Assembly (NCBI RefSeq): GCF_036321535.1
Contig: NC_087437.1
Span: 118,050,001 to 118,114,000, forward strand
Direction: 5' to 3'
Length of the DNA stretch: 64,000 bases
Origin: Camelus dromedarius
Taxonomy: Eukaryota
Shown here in pieces: positions 41,330-53,400 of the stretch (the first letter of the stretch is position 1; each line of letters starts with the position of its first letter). The notes beneath the pieces are model-generated. The model was given only the letters and a program-made list of their open reading frames with translations, searched no databases and was not told the DNA's origin. Position numbers and translations under genes: made by a program.

Positions 41330-43900
41330 AGGACTTCAGTTTAATGCAGGAGACCATGGAGAAAGTTAAAATAGTAACAGGATAGGAGAAGATATTTTAA
41401 TGTACAAAATCAAAAAACTTCATAGAATATACATAAAACTCCTGAAAATCAAAAGAAACAGATGGAAACATCAATGTAACATAACAAAGGCTATAAATCA
41501 TCAATTTTTAGAAGAGAAAACCCATAAGGTTCAAATAAATATAAATAAATCCTAAAAATTTTTAGTTATTATAAAAATAATAATTAAAATAATTAGATAT
41601 TCATTTATCAAAAATTTGAGCTTTTCATCTATCAAAAATTAGAAAACCAGATATTTCCCAGTGCTAGCAAAAATATACAAATACGAGAATCCTCATGCAA
41701 AAAAAGAGTGCAGGCTAATGCAGTCATGGTGCTGAACAGTCTGGTAATACTTAGTCAAATCATCTTCTATTTAGAGAAAGAAACTCTAACATGGGTCCAG
41801 AAAGGGACAAATACAAGGATATTAATTGTAGTAATATTTGTGGTGGTGGGATCTTGAAGATTTAATTTACACACAGCAATGTGGAATAATTCCAAACACA
41901 CAGTGCTCATGAAAATTGAAAGATGTTTTACACCATTTGATTATGCAAATGTAAATTAAAACCAACATTTGCACAACCAACAATACAAAAATATATACAA
42001 AAATGCATTCAACACACTAGCACACTTCAAATGGGGGGGATCCTAGAGGGAGTGGACAATAGGAATAAAAGGAAATAAACAGAACAAAAGGGGAAAGAAT
42101 CTCACATAGACCAAAGACCATCATGGGCTGTAAAATGAGAGCAGAGTGCCAGAATCCCCTGAAACTGACCTCAAACAAACAAAAAATGTAACAAACTTCA
42201 GACTAGACACAGAAGAAATAGGAAGAGTGAAGAAAAATGCTGATATGATGAATCACCAGAGTGCAACAGAGTAGAGTCAGACACTGTGGAAGAGAAGTTA
42301 GGAGAAACAGAGAAAAGAATAACAAATTCCAAAGCATTTTTAATAGGGACCCTGGAAGAAGACAATGAGACAGACAATATTTGAAGAGATTAAAGCTGAA
42401 GGAATTTCCAGAATTGATAAATGGCATGAATCTTCAGATTCCAGAAATATTACAAGCCAAGCAGAATTAAAACAAATAAACAAACAAATAAAAATGGATA
42501 TTTTAACCAGATGAAACTATAGATCATCACTGAGAAAGAAAACATCATTAAAACCTATTGGAGAGAAAAGATTACTAGCAAAGTAAGGACAAATAAATTG
42601 ACAGCAGACTGCTCATTAGCAATAATATAAGTGAGAAAATCATAAGAAGATACCACCGAAATTCTAAGGAAAGGAAATGTCAATATAGAATTCTATACCC
42701 AGCTATGTTATCAGTCAAAAATGAAGCATGACAGAGATCTTTTAAGACATGAAAAGAATGAGAGAACTTACTACTCCTAGACTCTTACTGAAGAAACTAT
42801 TGAACACTATACTTCATCAGGAAGTAGTCCTGCAGTATCCGGTGGACCCTTAGCCAGTGTGGTCAGCATACTCGGCCACACCCATTCTGACTGGTCAGGA
42901 CTCTGTCTGGATTGGTTACAGTCCATGGCTTACAGATTTTAACTATTCAGACCATCTTAGCAGAAGCAAACATAAGAAAAGAACTCTGTGAATACGTTGG
43001 TAAACCCAAATAAATATTAACTTTAAAAAATACTGATAGGGATGTTACAAAAATTAAAATTCTAAACAAAACAACATAGAAAGTAGGATAAAGAGATCAG
43101 AATTAAAGAAGTTAAGTTCAGGAGAAGGGTAGACAAGATCACTAGCTTTGTGTGTGAAGGATACATGTCAAAGTCATTGGGTTAGTAACAAAGAATAGAA
43201 ATAGAATTTTGTAGCTTCCACACCAACAGAGGAAATAAAGAGAATCCGACCTAGCAATCTAACAGACAGCAGGAAAGTTTGGTAGGGGAGCAGGAGAATC
43301 AACAACATTGATAAATGGAAAATACCAAATATACCAGAAATTCAAAGAAATATAAATGTGCTTAAATGGTCTACTACAAATAAACAACAGTGTATTTTTA
43401 AAAGTATCTTGTGAAGTATAGCTATAGTGCCTTGTTGGAAATTTATAGCTTGAAATGCATTTCCTTTTAAAAAAATTTTTATTAAAGTGTGGTTGATTAT
43501 AATGTTAGTTTCAGGTGTACAGCAAAGTGATTCAGTTATAATATACATACACATATATATTTTCTTTTCAGATTCTTTTCCATTATATGTTATTCAAGAA
43601 ATTGAATATAGTTCCCTGTGCTGCACAGGGAAATGCATTTCCTTTTTAAAAAGAAAAAGACTGGAAACAAATCACTCAAAAACTCAATTCCGTAAAATAG
43701 AAGAACGAAGCCAATTCAAAATCAGAAGGAAGACATAAAATACAAAATAAGAAATTAAAATGAAACAAAAGTTACATTTTTAAAAAGACTAATACTATAG
43801 AAGAAAATCTCAAGCACAGGTAATAAATGGGAATGAGGAAGGAGACACTACTATGGCTTAAAACAGGTCTTTTAAATCACAAGAGAATCCTTTAAATGAA
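41330..43900 (+). mobile_element. Further ancient L1/HAL1-like fragments
   Basis: caatatttgaagagattaaagctgaaggaatttccagaattgat, gacagcagactgctcattagcaata, tagaattctatacccagcta resemble L1 ORF1; later A-rich ORF2-like scraps. Confidence 0.65.
43469..43629 (-). mobile_element. Short L1 3' tail with 17-bp TSD, inserted in older L1
   Basis: tgttagtttcaggtgtacagcaaagtgattcag...attgaatatagttccctgtgc; perfect direct repeat gaaatgcatttcctttt at 43452-43468 and 43630-43646. Confidence 0.92.
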
Positions 43901-44049
43901 GAAGGTAATATGGCGGTCCTCTCTCAAAGTTCAGCGGTTGCCCTGCAGCCTCAGCGTGTGGCCAGAAGTCTAGTGTTCCTCTTAACACCCAGAGGCCTCC
44001 TTGTGCCAGTGTTGGGCATGGCTACTGCCCCATGGCCGTTCTGAGTTAT

Positions 44050-44260
44050 GGGGCTTTGGGTCAAGCTCTGATCCAGAAGTGTCCACACAGTACCTGTTTG
44101 CATCTTTAACAGTGATGGGGTAAGGACATCATCCCTGTTCCACAGGTAAGGAAACAAAGAGGCCCGGTGTGTGAAACAGCACACCTACACTCACCCAGCT
44201 AGTTAGGGGTGGGGGGGAAGCCATGTCTCAAATTCAGGTTTGTCTCAGTTCAAAACATAT
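44050..44260 (-). mobile_element. MIR SINE (decayed)
   Basis: catcatccctgttccacaggtaaggaaacaaagaggcccgg...cacccagctagttagggg. Confidence 0.6.
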
Positions 44261-44852
44261 AATCCCCAAACTGCAGCAACCTTCAGTTTCTCCCAGATGT
44301 GAGTGTAGGGGAGCTGGGTTAGGATGAGAAATACAAGGAAGTGTCAGGTTAGCAGATAAGCTTTCCTTCCCTCTTTCCAAAATGTGACTTTCTAGTTTTC
44401 TCTGGCACGGGGTATTTTCCCACTGTGGCACTGAAGCCTTCCAGGGTACACTAGAATCTGAATACATATGTCTCAACGTGAAACAGATGGAAAGGTATTC
44501 AAATCGGCAATTCATAGCTAATACTGACTTAGTCTCATCCTCTTTTAAAGCCTAACAATGACGCCTTCGTATTAATAAAATTTATTTCTTAAAATTTTTC
44601 CTTTTAAAATATATAAACAAGTAACTCAAACATATTTTCACTTCCAGAATCACATTTATCTGATCTGCTTCTTATTTTTAATTCCCTGATCCCGTATGCT
44701 TGTGAGATTAGCAAATACTTCTGAAGTGTGCTGGAGTCACAAGACAATTACTTTAGATAAATGTCATTCTGTGGTTTAGGATTATGGCCCTAAGTCCAGC
44801 TTTTAATGGGGCCTGATTAAGCCCTCCTTGGATTGGCTAGATGGTCCTGGAG

Positions 44853-44986
44853 ACTATATATAATAAAATCCCACAAAGTAACGCATTCATACATCAGTTC
44901 TGATGTGCATACTCCCCAACGGCTGCGTTCATGCCTAAATTCAAATCTTTACGTCAAATGTCAGCGAGCAGGGGTGAACCAGCTTG
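44853..44986 (+). mobile_element. Probable short non-autonomous Helitron relic
   Basis: 5' actatatataataaaatcc (cf. TC-TATATA..AAAA Helitron start); 3' gtcagcgagcaggggtgaaccagcttg|t (cf. GC-rich subterminal segment then CAGCTAG|T). Confidence 0.5.
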
Positions 44987-45453
44987 TACAATCGTGTTTA
45001 AATAATGAGAATGTTATTCAAAATGCACACATCAAAAAACACCTATATCAAATGTGTTCACTTTCAGTTTGGGGGCATTTTGTATGTGTGCCAAAATGGT
45101 ATAAAACATACAAAGAAACACATACTCTCAAGCACACACATTCCAGATTCAGAAATCAAGATAATATTCTCAGCAAGAAGGAGCAAAATTAAAATATTAC
45201 CGGGTTATACGTCCTAAACATCATGTAGTAAATATGTCCTTGGTAGCGACACCCAGAAAGTGTTCTTAAAATGCACCATTAGGCAGAGGAGGAGAGAGAG
45301 CAACGTGGAGAGATGGATATGGACACACATAATAAATGTTTCAGGGATTTCCAGCCATTGGGAATCTGTACATATCCCCTGCACATAAAGATAAGGTCTA
45401 GAGAAAATGAAACTCTGGTCAGGTAACAGAAAACCTTACTCATAAATACTTAC

Positions 45454-45487
45454 TAGAAGCTGAGATGGTATTGTAAACATTGCCTAC
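45454..45487 (-). other. Candidate 34-nt exon
   Basis: ttttgcttttag|GTAGGC...CTTCTA|gtaagt. Confidence 0.25.
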
Positions 45488-46138
45488 CTAAAAGCAAAAT
45501 GTGGGTGTTTAAAACAAAGTGCTCTAGATTTGGAAGAACATGTAAGTGAGCAGAACCCTGGACCAGATGGAAGAAGAGGTATGACACAGAATGATAGTCC
45601 TTAAGTAAACAGAGGGATAACCTTCATATAGACTGCACACTGATATCTGAGCAATGGGACAGACTATGAATTTTACACAAATTTTTAGAAAGCAATAAAA
45701 AAAGACCAAGACAACAGATTATGTATGAACGATTGAAGAAAACCCATGTAAGAGTTCAGAAAAGTACAGGATGGAATCGTAAAAGGATGCCTCCAAAATC
45801 AGTACTGCATTTTCCAAGAGACCCACTTTATAAATGGAAGGGCATGGCATGTAATGGGTCTGGCTGGCAAGACAAAAGGCTATCTGGGGCAAGCACACAC
45901 TGTACCATCCAAAGCACTTGCTAGTTTCCAGGTTGAGAACAGATTATATCAACAATTCCAGGCTGGGTTTGATTTCCATTGATTTAATGCTTGGTCATTC
46001 AACTCGCATTTGTGGCGTATCAACTTTCAGAACTAACGGCCACAAATAAACCCTCAGACACAAATATGTTTCTGGGCATGACCAGTGAAGGAAATATGTA
46101 CTTCCTCTGCCCTCATTTCTTCCACTATGCCCCTGTAC

Positions 46139-46203
46139 CTGCCTCAGCCGTCCCCAGTGGTCTACTCCCAACATCACTGCATCTCTGATGGTCCTCAGAC
46201 CAA
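46139..46203 (-). other. Candidate 65-nt exon
   Basis: ttttctattttctcctgccttttttccctag|TTGGTC...AGGCAG|gtacag. Confidence 0.3.
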
Positions 46204-46540
46204 CTAGGGAAAAAAGGCAGGAGAAAATAGAAAAGTGCAAAGAGGGAGAGAATATCTTGTGTTTTATTTTTAATGTGAACTTCCTTTTGGTTGGCCAACT
46301 AGCTCTAAGGGAAATTCCTTGATTCTTTTCTTTGATTCAGTGAAACCAACAGAATAATTGGATAAACTCAGGAGAATGTTGAAGAACTGTGTTCGTGTGC
46401 CTGTATAAAGAATGGGTTCTCGTATAGGGCATAGAAGGCAGGATCTAGAATATTCTGGTTGTATTCTCCATCATCTGTGTGTTCCAGATGATGGAGCTAA
46501 ATTTCAGAAACGTTGGCTGACTTGATCTCCATCTTCTTAC

Positions 46541-46640
46541 TTAGTGTGATGTTGTGTAGCCCATGAACATGGCCAATGATGGAGCAAAAGCCTTCTTTAC
46601 ACAGAAGAAAGTCATTCCATTTGTGAAGGAAAACCACCAA
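46541..46640 (-). other. Candidate 100-nt exon
   Basis: ttttgttttgttttgtttttttaag|TTGGTG...CACTAA|gtaaga. Confidence 0.3.
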
Positions 46641-47234
46641 CTTAAAAAAACAAAACAAAACAAAACAAAATCCCCACTGTTATCATCTCATAGCTCCACC
46701 TCTGTTCCATTACTGAGTATGTTTGTAGGCCCAAGTGGCCTGGAACTGACAGACCAGTGCACAAATGTCGGGGTCTCATGTCAGCAAGGTCAAGTCATCG
46801 AGCGTGTGGACTCACGTTCAAACTGGGTGTGTGGCATCTCAGAACTTAACCATCAGGCTTCTTTCTGAACTTGGCAAAAAAGGACCGTAAATGATCAAAG
46901 TGAGTAAAATTTAGTGATGAGAGAGTTTCTAGGTTTTGAAAGGCAAGATTACTACGCATTAAGGAATGAGGCAAAATTGCTGGTGTGGATGGAATTATGC
47001 CTCATGTAAACTGAAGGGAAAAACAATTCCATATCAGTCAGAGAAAGACCCACAACTGATCTGCTCTGCTCATGTGTGTCATGTTGAAATTTGTTTTAAA
47101 AAGGAGAACAGGAAATTCCATAATTGTCCCATGAACCCCCTTGTGGGTTCCTTTCCTTGATGTTATATGGGGGTTTGGGCAGAGCTCAACTGAGGCACCA
47201 GTAGCTCCAGCTCAAAGCCCTAGAGGTGAGTTAC

Positions 47235-47261
47235 CTGGTGGTAGAGGTCACTGGGTCAGGC
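47235..47261 (-). other. Candidate 27-nt microexon
   Basis: tctgtttactctccag|GCCTGACCCAGTGACCTCTACCACCAG|gtaact. Confidence 0.25.
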
Positions 47262-48147
47262 CTGGAGAGTAAACAGATGACATATATTTTGCAAATCTGT
47301 CTGTAAAATGAAAGGCAATCTGGATTTAGCTCTAGACACGAAGCTAGAATGTTACAATGACAAGGACCGAAATCAACTCCCATCTCAGAAGTGATGGCAG
47401 AGGGGAAGGAGGTGCTGGGAAAAGCATGGATCTGTGAAATTAGCAAGAGGTGCAGAATGGAAGGAGAAAGCAAAGGGTACCCATGGTGACATGAGGAACC
47501 CTGGGCAGTTGGTGAAGTGCTTTTTTATCCATCAGCATCATTAGTTCTCATTCCATCCCCATCACTCAAAGAAGAGACAGGACTCTGCAAAGTCGGGTTA
47601 ACAGGACCCAAACATGCCACATTGCCAGAAACCATTGAGATTTTCACAGGTACCAATGTCTGGGGCCTGTGGTCTAAGGGAAGCTCTGGAGGTGGGCACT
47701 GTGAACCTGGAACTGTGAGGAACCCATCTTGGTGATTCTGATGATCCGTAGGTATAAGAACAAAAAAGGTGCTGAGAGATGGGAAGTATTGGCACCCATT
47801 AGGTCCACAAGGAAATTCTATTAAATGTTAAAGAATAATGCTTATAAAGACTTATATTCAAAAAATTTTGAGTATTTATATGTCTACATGTTCTTTTTTT
47901 CAGCATGTCAATACAATAGCAAGAAACAAGGATGATTTCAGAGAGGTTTTATTTTTCCTCATTTAATGCTCCAGGGAAAATAACCCCTTACACCTCTCAT
48001 CAGTAATGACAGATGAAAGGAGAGGGCCTCTCTGACTCTTCCATGTCCCAGAGGCAAAGTCGGTTGAGGAAAACAACAGCTGCATCCTAGGAAGAGACAT
48101 TCAGAAACTCCCGGCCCAAGGCTGAGATGAAGGAGAAGGATGTTGTA

Positions 48148-48320
48148 GAGCAGCTTCTCAAACCTGAGTGTGTGTAAAAATCACCTGAGGACTGTTAAAG
48201 TGTGGATGCTGATTCAGGAGATATGAGGCAGGACATGAGTGTCTGCATTTCTGACCAGATTCCAAGTGATGCAGAAAGCCACACAACACCCTGGGGTGTA
48301 GTGAGATGTTCCTGGAGGCA
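48148..48320. mobile_element. MER5A-like hAT-Charlie MITE
   Basis: ttctcaaacctgagtgtgtgtaaaaatcacctgagg...tctgcatttctgaccagattccaagtgatgc. Confidence 0.7.
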
Positions 48321-49644
48321 GAGCAGTATATATTTGGAAGAAAGGCAGAAAGAGTGTGGACAAAGACCCATGCTTGAAACCCAACTTTTGTGGCAATCCA
48401 TTGACCACTGCAGAAAGGAGCATGGTCTCTCAATTATCTCTGCAGTCCTCAATTTGTGTCTAAAGCAAATTTCTGTAACGAATAATTCATATTCCAATCA
48501 TAAAATCATAAAATTAAACAACAGGGAAGCTGGTTTCTAAATAGCAGCGAAGATGATATCTGGGGCAGCAACCACATTACATGGCATCTAAAAAAAAGAC
48601 GAGGCATTGATTCCGTTACACAAAAATTTAAAAGAGCAGATGAGTGATTCAAAAGGTCCGTTAAAGGGTACAGCCTTTTCCAAAAATTAAAAAGAAAAAT
48701 CTTGTAAAATCATTTTACTTAAAAAATAGATAATAACAACATACATACAAAAAAGAGAATAATCTTTGGGAGGAAATTAATAATAACAACACCTGTAATA
48801 ATCTTATCAATGAAGCAAAGATTCATTGGAGAGGCTATGAGGAAGATCACAGATCACAGACTTTCAGCTAGCAATTACCTTGAAATCATCTACGTTTTTT
48901 TCTACACATTTTCTGAGTAGAAAACTAGGGTCATGTCTGAGCCTAAAGCACTTAATTTTCATGACAAAAACCTAGGCTATAACTCATATAACTACATATA
49001 TTTTCTAACGTAAATACTAATTTACACACTAATTTTTTTAATTAGGCATTCACAATATAGGTTAATTGTAGTATGTATTCATGTTGGAAAATATTTTCTA
49101 TGTTTATCAAGTTTTATACAATATTTTATCAGCATCAGTTAATTAAAGAAAAAAGATGATGTGTAGCTCGTAACTGGTTGCATCACCGAAAGAGTAGAAC
49201 GTACACGGTCTTCAGCACAAAAGACTAAACTTGTCATTTGGTAAGTCCTTTCCAAATTCTAATAAGGCCTCCAAATAACAGCATCTCTACTTAACACATA
49301 TCTACCACTGAAGTCTTGTAAGAATCATCAGCTGTATTATATAACTTAAAACATTTAAGATGCCGCAATTTAAGTTTTAGCTCATTCAACTGAATAGTCT
49401 GTAAAAATCAACATTTTCTGATTTACAAACCAGGATTTTCTCTTCATGCACTTGAAAAGCCTTCAGGCATGAGCTGGAATTGAAAGTTAAACATCTGTTT
49501 GCATTTGGTTTAGGAAATCCTCGTCACCTTCCCATGAAATTTCAGCTGTCTCCGTGGATGTGGCGAAGATCAAAGCCCCCACGCTCAGCGAGCTCGTTTT
49601 AATCCCTGCCAACAGTCAATCATTTGATTCCCGAGTACAAAGAG

Positions 49645-49756
49645 CTACTTCTGGTGCAGCGCGGCCCGTGCAGCTCCGACTTCACATGGCCTTGTTTTCA
49701 CTGACTTCCAGTCAATGGGATGCCTGGGTTCCAGGTACTGCAGGGACTCTACAAAA
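49645..49756 (-). CDS. Candidate terminal coding exon of an unidentified gene (xFVESLQYLEPRHPIDWKSVKTRPCEVGAARAALHQK*)
   Basis: Acceptor ttctccttgtgtcag|T; 36 open codons to TAG; CpG-retaining; followed by about 600 nt of AU-rich UTR-like sequence with ATTAAA (49037-49042, minus). The exon could instead be largely non-coding. Confidence 0.4.
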
Positions 49757-50994
49757 CTGACACAAGGAGAATCTCACAAGCAGACTCCTGCTCAGAACTC
49801 AGTGACAGAAAACACTGACGGAAGCCCTTCCCTTCTCTTCTGAGGGTGAGCAGGGCCCTGGGTAGTGCTGTCAGGCGAGGGCTTACATCACCCCTGATCT
49901 GTGCACCTCAGGTGTACACCCAAGGACCTTGGCAGGGCCTGTGACCACACCAGGGAGAGGCAGAGGCCCTCTGACTTCAAAGTCTACCCCCTCCTTCAAC
50001 TGCATCACATAACCTCATGACATTACATTTTGTCATATTTTCAGAAAAAATCACTTTGTGTGTATCACCTGGCTAATATCAACATTGGTCACAGCATCTT
50101 TAAATAGGGGGAATACGCTTGTAATTAATCTCGAACATGGACCAGGATGGTAAAAGTTTTTATAAGCATCGATAGATACCATAATTTCAGCTAGTGGTGA
50201 TGGGGAAAACTGCAGTGAAACTGCCATTTTTAGAACAATAGGATCTTTCTTGAAATCATGAAAACTCTATTTTTGTTTTTGTTTTACTATAGATTCATAA
50301 AAAAATGGATAACAATGACTGATAAGTAAAGCAATAAATAATGATAATTTAATATACATAATTACAGTATAGAATGCTCATGAATATTCTAGTCTTTCCC
50401 ATGATCTGGACAAAAGAAAAAAATAGAATTTTTTTTCCAGGCATACTGTTCAATTTGTTCTATTCTGCATGTGGAAAATGTTTAAAAAGAAAAATAACTG
50501 AATAAGAATAAAGGAAATTATCTTGACCAAGGGGGAAGAAGAAAAACTTTATTCTCATAGAAAAGAAAGTGAAATCATTTATGTGAAGAAAAAGGAATCA
50601 CAATCAATTATCATTATCTGCAGTCTGATTTTCAAGAGCTGAATTTTCCATCTTAATAATTAGGAACACAAGACTATATTTTTATGGAAAAAAGAAGACT
50701 CAGGCAAGTTATTTCATGTGGCACATCACAGCCCTGCCAGTGTAGCCCTCTCTACTTCTAGGTGCTGTTTTTCAAAGATCATGAAAATAATGATTATTCA
50801 CAATGGAACTGTAATCTATCAACAAGTCACTTTTTCCATGGGAATAACTGATGAAGAAATAGCAATATACCCTGCAGCTCTGATCTCCAAAATTTGATTT
50901 CTATACTTTGGCAGTCAATACAATGTGATCAATGTTTTATTCATGCTTCCTCACCAAGTAAAATAAAAATAAAAAACAAACAATAATGAATTAC

Positions 50995-51022
50995 CATCCT
51001 TTTAAGACATAAGGTGTTGCAC
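50995..51022 (-). CDS. Candidate 28-nt microexon (reading frame uncertain)
   Basis: Very long pyrimidine tract tttgtttgtttgctttttcttttcttag|GTGCAACACCTTATGTCTTAAAAGGATG|gtaatt; phase-compatible with 49645-49756. Confidence 0.35.
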
Positions 51023-51240
51023 CTAAGAAAAGAAAAAGCAAACAAACAAACAAAAGCAAACCGACAAACCAAAAACCCACCAAGCTTGTAATTTTTGAAA
51101 TCATTTTCAAAAATGAGTATGACATTATCAAATGTGCAGAGATGAAGTACAGAGCTTGCAATCAAACACCTGTAATCATCACAAAACCACTCTTATCACT
51201 AAATTTCTCAACACAAACTATTTTAAAAATAACAGACATA

Positions 51241-51412
51241 GATACAAACTGCTATATATGAAATATATAAACAGAAAGGTCCTACTCTATAGCACAGGGA
51301 ACTATATTCAGTATCTTATAATAACCTATAGTGAAAAAGAATATATCACTATGCTGTACACCAAAAACTAACATAACACTGTAAATCAACTATACTTCAT
51401 TAAAAAAAAGAA
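51241..51412 (+). mobile_element. Short L1 3' tail
   Basis: aaggtcctactctatagcacagggaactatattcag...cactgtaaatcaactatacttca; near-TSD ataacagacata (51229-51240) / ataatagacata (51417-51428). Confidence 0.9.
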
Positions 51413-51964
51413 ATACATAATAGACATATATTATTTTGTCCTCTGGTGGCTTATGTCTGGATAGCATAGCCCAAAATTCTATACAAATGGAATGGCTCTA
51501 CTTTTTATTCCACCATTATAAATTAATACATCCTTTTCCCTCCATCCCCCAGTTTCTTCTAAAACATTAAAATCTAAGCATATAACCCCTCTTCCCCAGA
51601 ATTGAATTGATGGAGACTGGCAGGCAGTTTCTGCCAGTTAGTAAGACAGCCCACATGCTTGATCTGAAGCCCCAGGGCACCTAAGAAATGGACCCAATAC
51701 GAAACAGTTTTCATACCCAAAGGAAAGGCCATGCCTGGAGTCAAAGGCCTAGATGCATATACTAAGTCTGCATCTTATTCAAGAATATATAAAAATGGAA
51801 TATTTTAAAATGGAATATTAATATAATGTTGGACAGTGACACTTTGGAAAAATGTGAGTTTATAATATCCCCTATTTTATGGTCCACTATTAGATCCCCT
51901 TCCCTCCCAGGCTTGGGCACATTAACCATTCACAGGTCTCTGCAAGGCTTCTACTCTGTGTACT

Positions 51965-52130
51965 GAGATCACGATCTAATTCTTGATCCACCACTTTGAT
52001 AAGTGTGTGAGCATCAGGGAAGTTAAGCACACTCTCAGATTTCTCACACATAAATGGTGTGAATAACAGCCCTGACTTCACAGAATTACTGGAAAGAGTA
52101 AATAGGATAATGTATTTAAAAGGTGGCTGG
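51965..52130 (+). mobile_element. MIR SINE (decayed)
   Basis: ccaccacttt...gtgtgtgagcatcagggaagttaagc...ctcagatttctcacacataaatgg...taaataggataatgtatttaaa. Confidence 0.6.
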
Positions 52131-52284
52131 GAAAATAACCTGCCGAGAGACAGTATAGCTAGTAATAGCAATAATGATATCACTTAATATTATTTTGAAC
52201 AGTATGTCTCAAAGTTGAAAATACTTAAAAACTGACAAGAGACCATACCTGGTGTCTTCCTTTTTTAAAAATAAATTCGCGTTG

Positions 52285-52912
52285 TATTTTTCCCTTCCAG
52301 TTTTACTGAGATATAATTGGCACACAGTACTGTATTAAGTTAAAGTGTTATCACACATTTTGCTTACATACATCATGAAATGACTACCACAGTAAGTTTA
52401 GTGAACATCAATCATTTCACATCAATACAAAATAAAAGAAATAGAAAAAAATTATATTATGGTAAGAACTCAAAGGGTTTACTCTCTTAACTTTCATGTA
52501 ACATACAGCAGTCTTAATTACATTAATCATGTCATATATTACATCCCTAGTACTTATTATTTTATAACTGGAAGTTTGTACCTTTTGACCATATTTATCC
52601 AGCTCCCCCTCCCCTCCAACTCCTGCCAAAATCTGATTCTTTTTTCTATGAGTTTGTTTGTTTGTTTTTGAAGTATAATTGACCTACAACACTATGTTAG
52701 TTCCTGGTACACAACACAGTGGTTCGATATTTCTATGCATTTCAAAACGATCGCCATGATGTCTAGTTACCACCTATCACCATACAAAGATGTTACATTT
52801 CGACTATATTCCTCACACTGTACATTTCATACCTGTGACTCATTTGTATAGTAACTAGAAGTCTGTACCTCTTAATCTCCCTCACTTATTTTTCTCAACC
52901 CTCTCACCCCTC
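52285..52912 (-). mobile_element. L1 3'UTR fragment, L1MA9-like
   Basis: ttcccttccagttttactgagatataattgg...ccacagtaagtttagtgaacatc...ttttataactggaagtttgtaccttttgacc...tttgaagtataattgacctacaac. Confidence 0.85.
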
Positions 52913-53144
52913 TTTTTTAAGATAACTTTTTGAACATTATGTCACTACCGAGAGTCCTACCCAAAGATTATCAGTCTCTTAGATGAGAAAACAACTTAGA
53001 GGGTCTGTTTCTAGTCCAAGCCATCCAGCTACCCAGGCTGGGGGCCAGGGTTCTTCTCTTTCCTCAGCTCTATCTCTGAGAGACGTACTCCAGGTAACCT
53101 TTCAGAGAGAGGGGTAATGAACGTAAATCAGTCACCCGGTCGTC

Positions 53145-53400
53145 ACTCATGGATTTGAGCACTGTGCAGGGGACACAGTAGCAGCGAGCTGAGCAGAGAA
53201 GAGCCCTGTCCCTCAGGAGCTTCCCTTCTGAAGAGGACAAACAGCAGACACAGCAATGTATCACGTACCATGAGGTAGCGATCACTCTTCAGGAAGGCAG
53301 CATGAGAAGAGGGACAGTGATGCGGTGCTGGCAGCCAGGGCAGTGGGAGTGCTTCCAGAAGGAGACAGCCAATGGCTGAGTGAGACTGGAGTGAAGTGAT
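53145..53400 (-). mobile_element. L2 fragment
   Basis: gagcactgtgcaggggacacag...ccctgtccctcaggagcttcccttct. Confidence 0.55.
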
